From the IMG/VR virus record IMGVR_UViG_3300026877_000103, positions 1-5,795 of that record: a stretch of DNA of 5,795 nucleotides; one strand, written 5' to 3'. The position numbers and the translations under genes were made by a program. How positions within the stretch are numbered: position 1 is the first letter of the stretch; every line of letters starts with the position of its first letter. Shown here piece after piece: positions 5,680 to 5,795 of this stretch. A model generated the notes under the pieces. That model saw nothing but the letters and a program-made list of their open reading frames with translations, made no database searches and had not been told where the DNA came from.

Positions 5680-5795
5680 ATGCAAAGCTTCTTTAATAAT
5701 AATGAAGATGAAGAGAGACAACTAACAGAACTAACAGACACTATCTTTGAAACAGTGATAAAGGATTTAAAATCTAAGTCTCGTTATCTCACAAT
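5680..5795 (+). CDS. 5' end of downstream gene (partial), possibly the VWA-domain partner of the MoxR ATPase
   Basis: ATG 5 nt after the ATPase stop, with a GTGAG SD-like element overlapping that stop. The frame is open to the window end (MQSFFNNNEDEERQLTELTDTIFETVIKDLKSKSRYLT). VWA identity is inferred only from the usual MoxR-VWA pairing. Confidence 0.6.
   Translation, partial: MQSFFNNNEDEERQLTELTDTIFETVIKDLKSKSRYLT

Noticed and set aside
3913-5721. Six minus-strand ORFs (60-115 aa) opposite the ATPase
   Set aside because: Antisense shadows of a strongly supported gene, with no independent signals.
5720-5737. 9-bp tandem duplication AACTAACAG x2
   Set aside because: An in-frame two-copy microduplication (QLTELTD) in coding sequence, with no evidence of separate function.

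Overview
AT-rich window with archaeal (Sulfolobales-type) promoter architecture, most consistent with a large spindle-shaped virus of the Bicaudaviridae type (ATV/STSV/SMV-like) or an integrated copy of one. That assignment is inferred from gene content, not from a search. From left to right: (1) the 3' part of a bacterial/eukaryotic-type (class II) CCA tRNA nucleotidyltransferase with an intact HD domain; (2) a 58-bp collapsed IS200/IS605 end (left-end and right-end features around one hairpin), plus a second degenerate copy about 400 bp away; (3) a small, very acidic 81-aa gene between these two copies, with its own promoter and terminator; (4) a minus-strand three-gene operon (Q/P-rich protein, GT87/GT-C-like membrane glycosyltransferase, sequon-rich membrane-anchored protein); (5) a divergent promoter; (6) a MoxR/RavA-type AAA+ ATPase and the start of a downstream gene, probably its VWA partner. 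An 18-bp palindrome, CTCAAACAG(C/A)TGTTTG(T/A)G, sits upstream of TATA boxes in both promoter regions and suggests a shared regulon.
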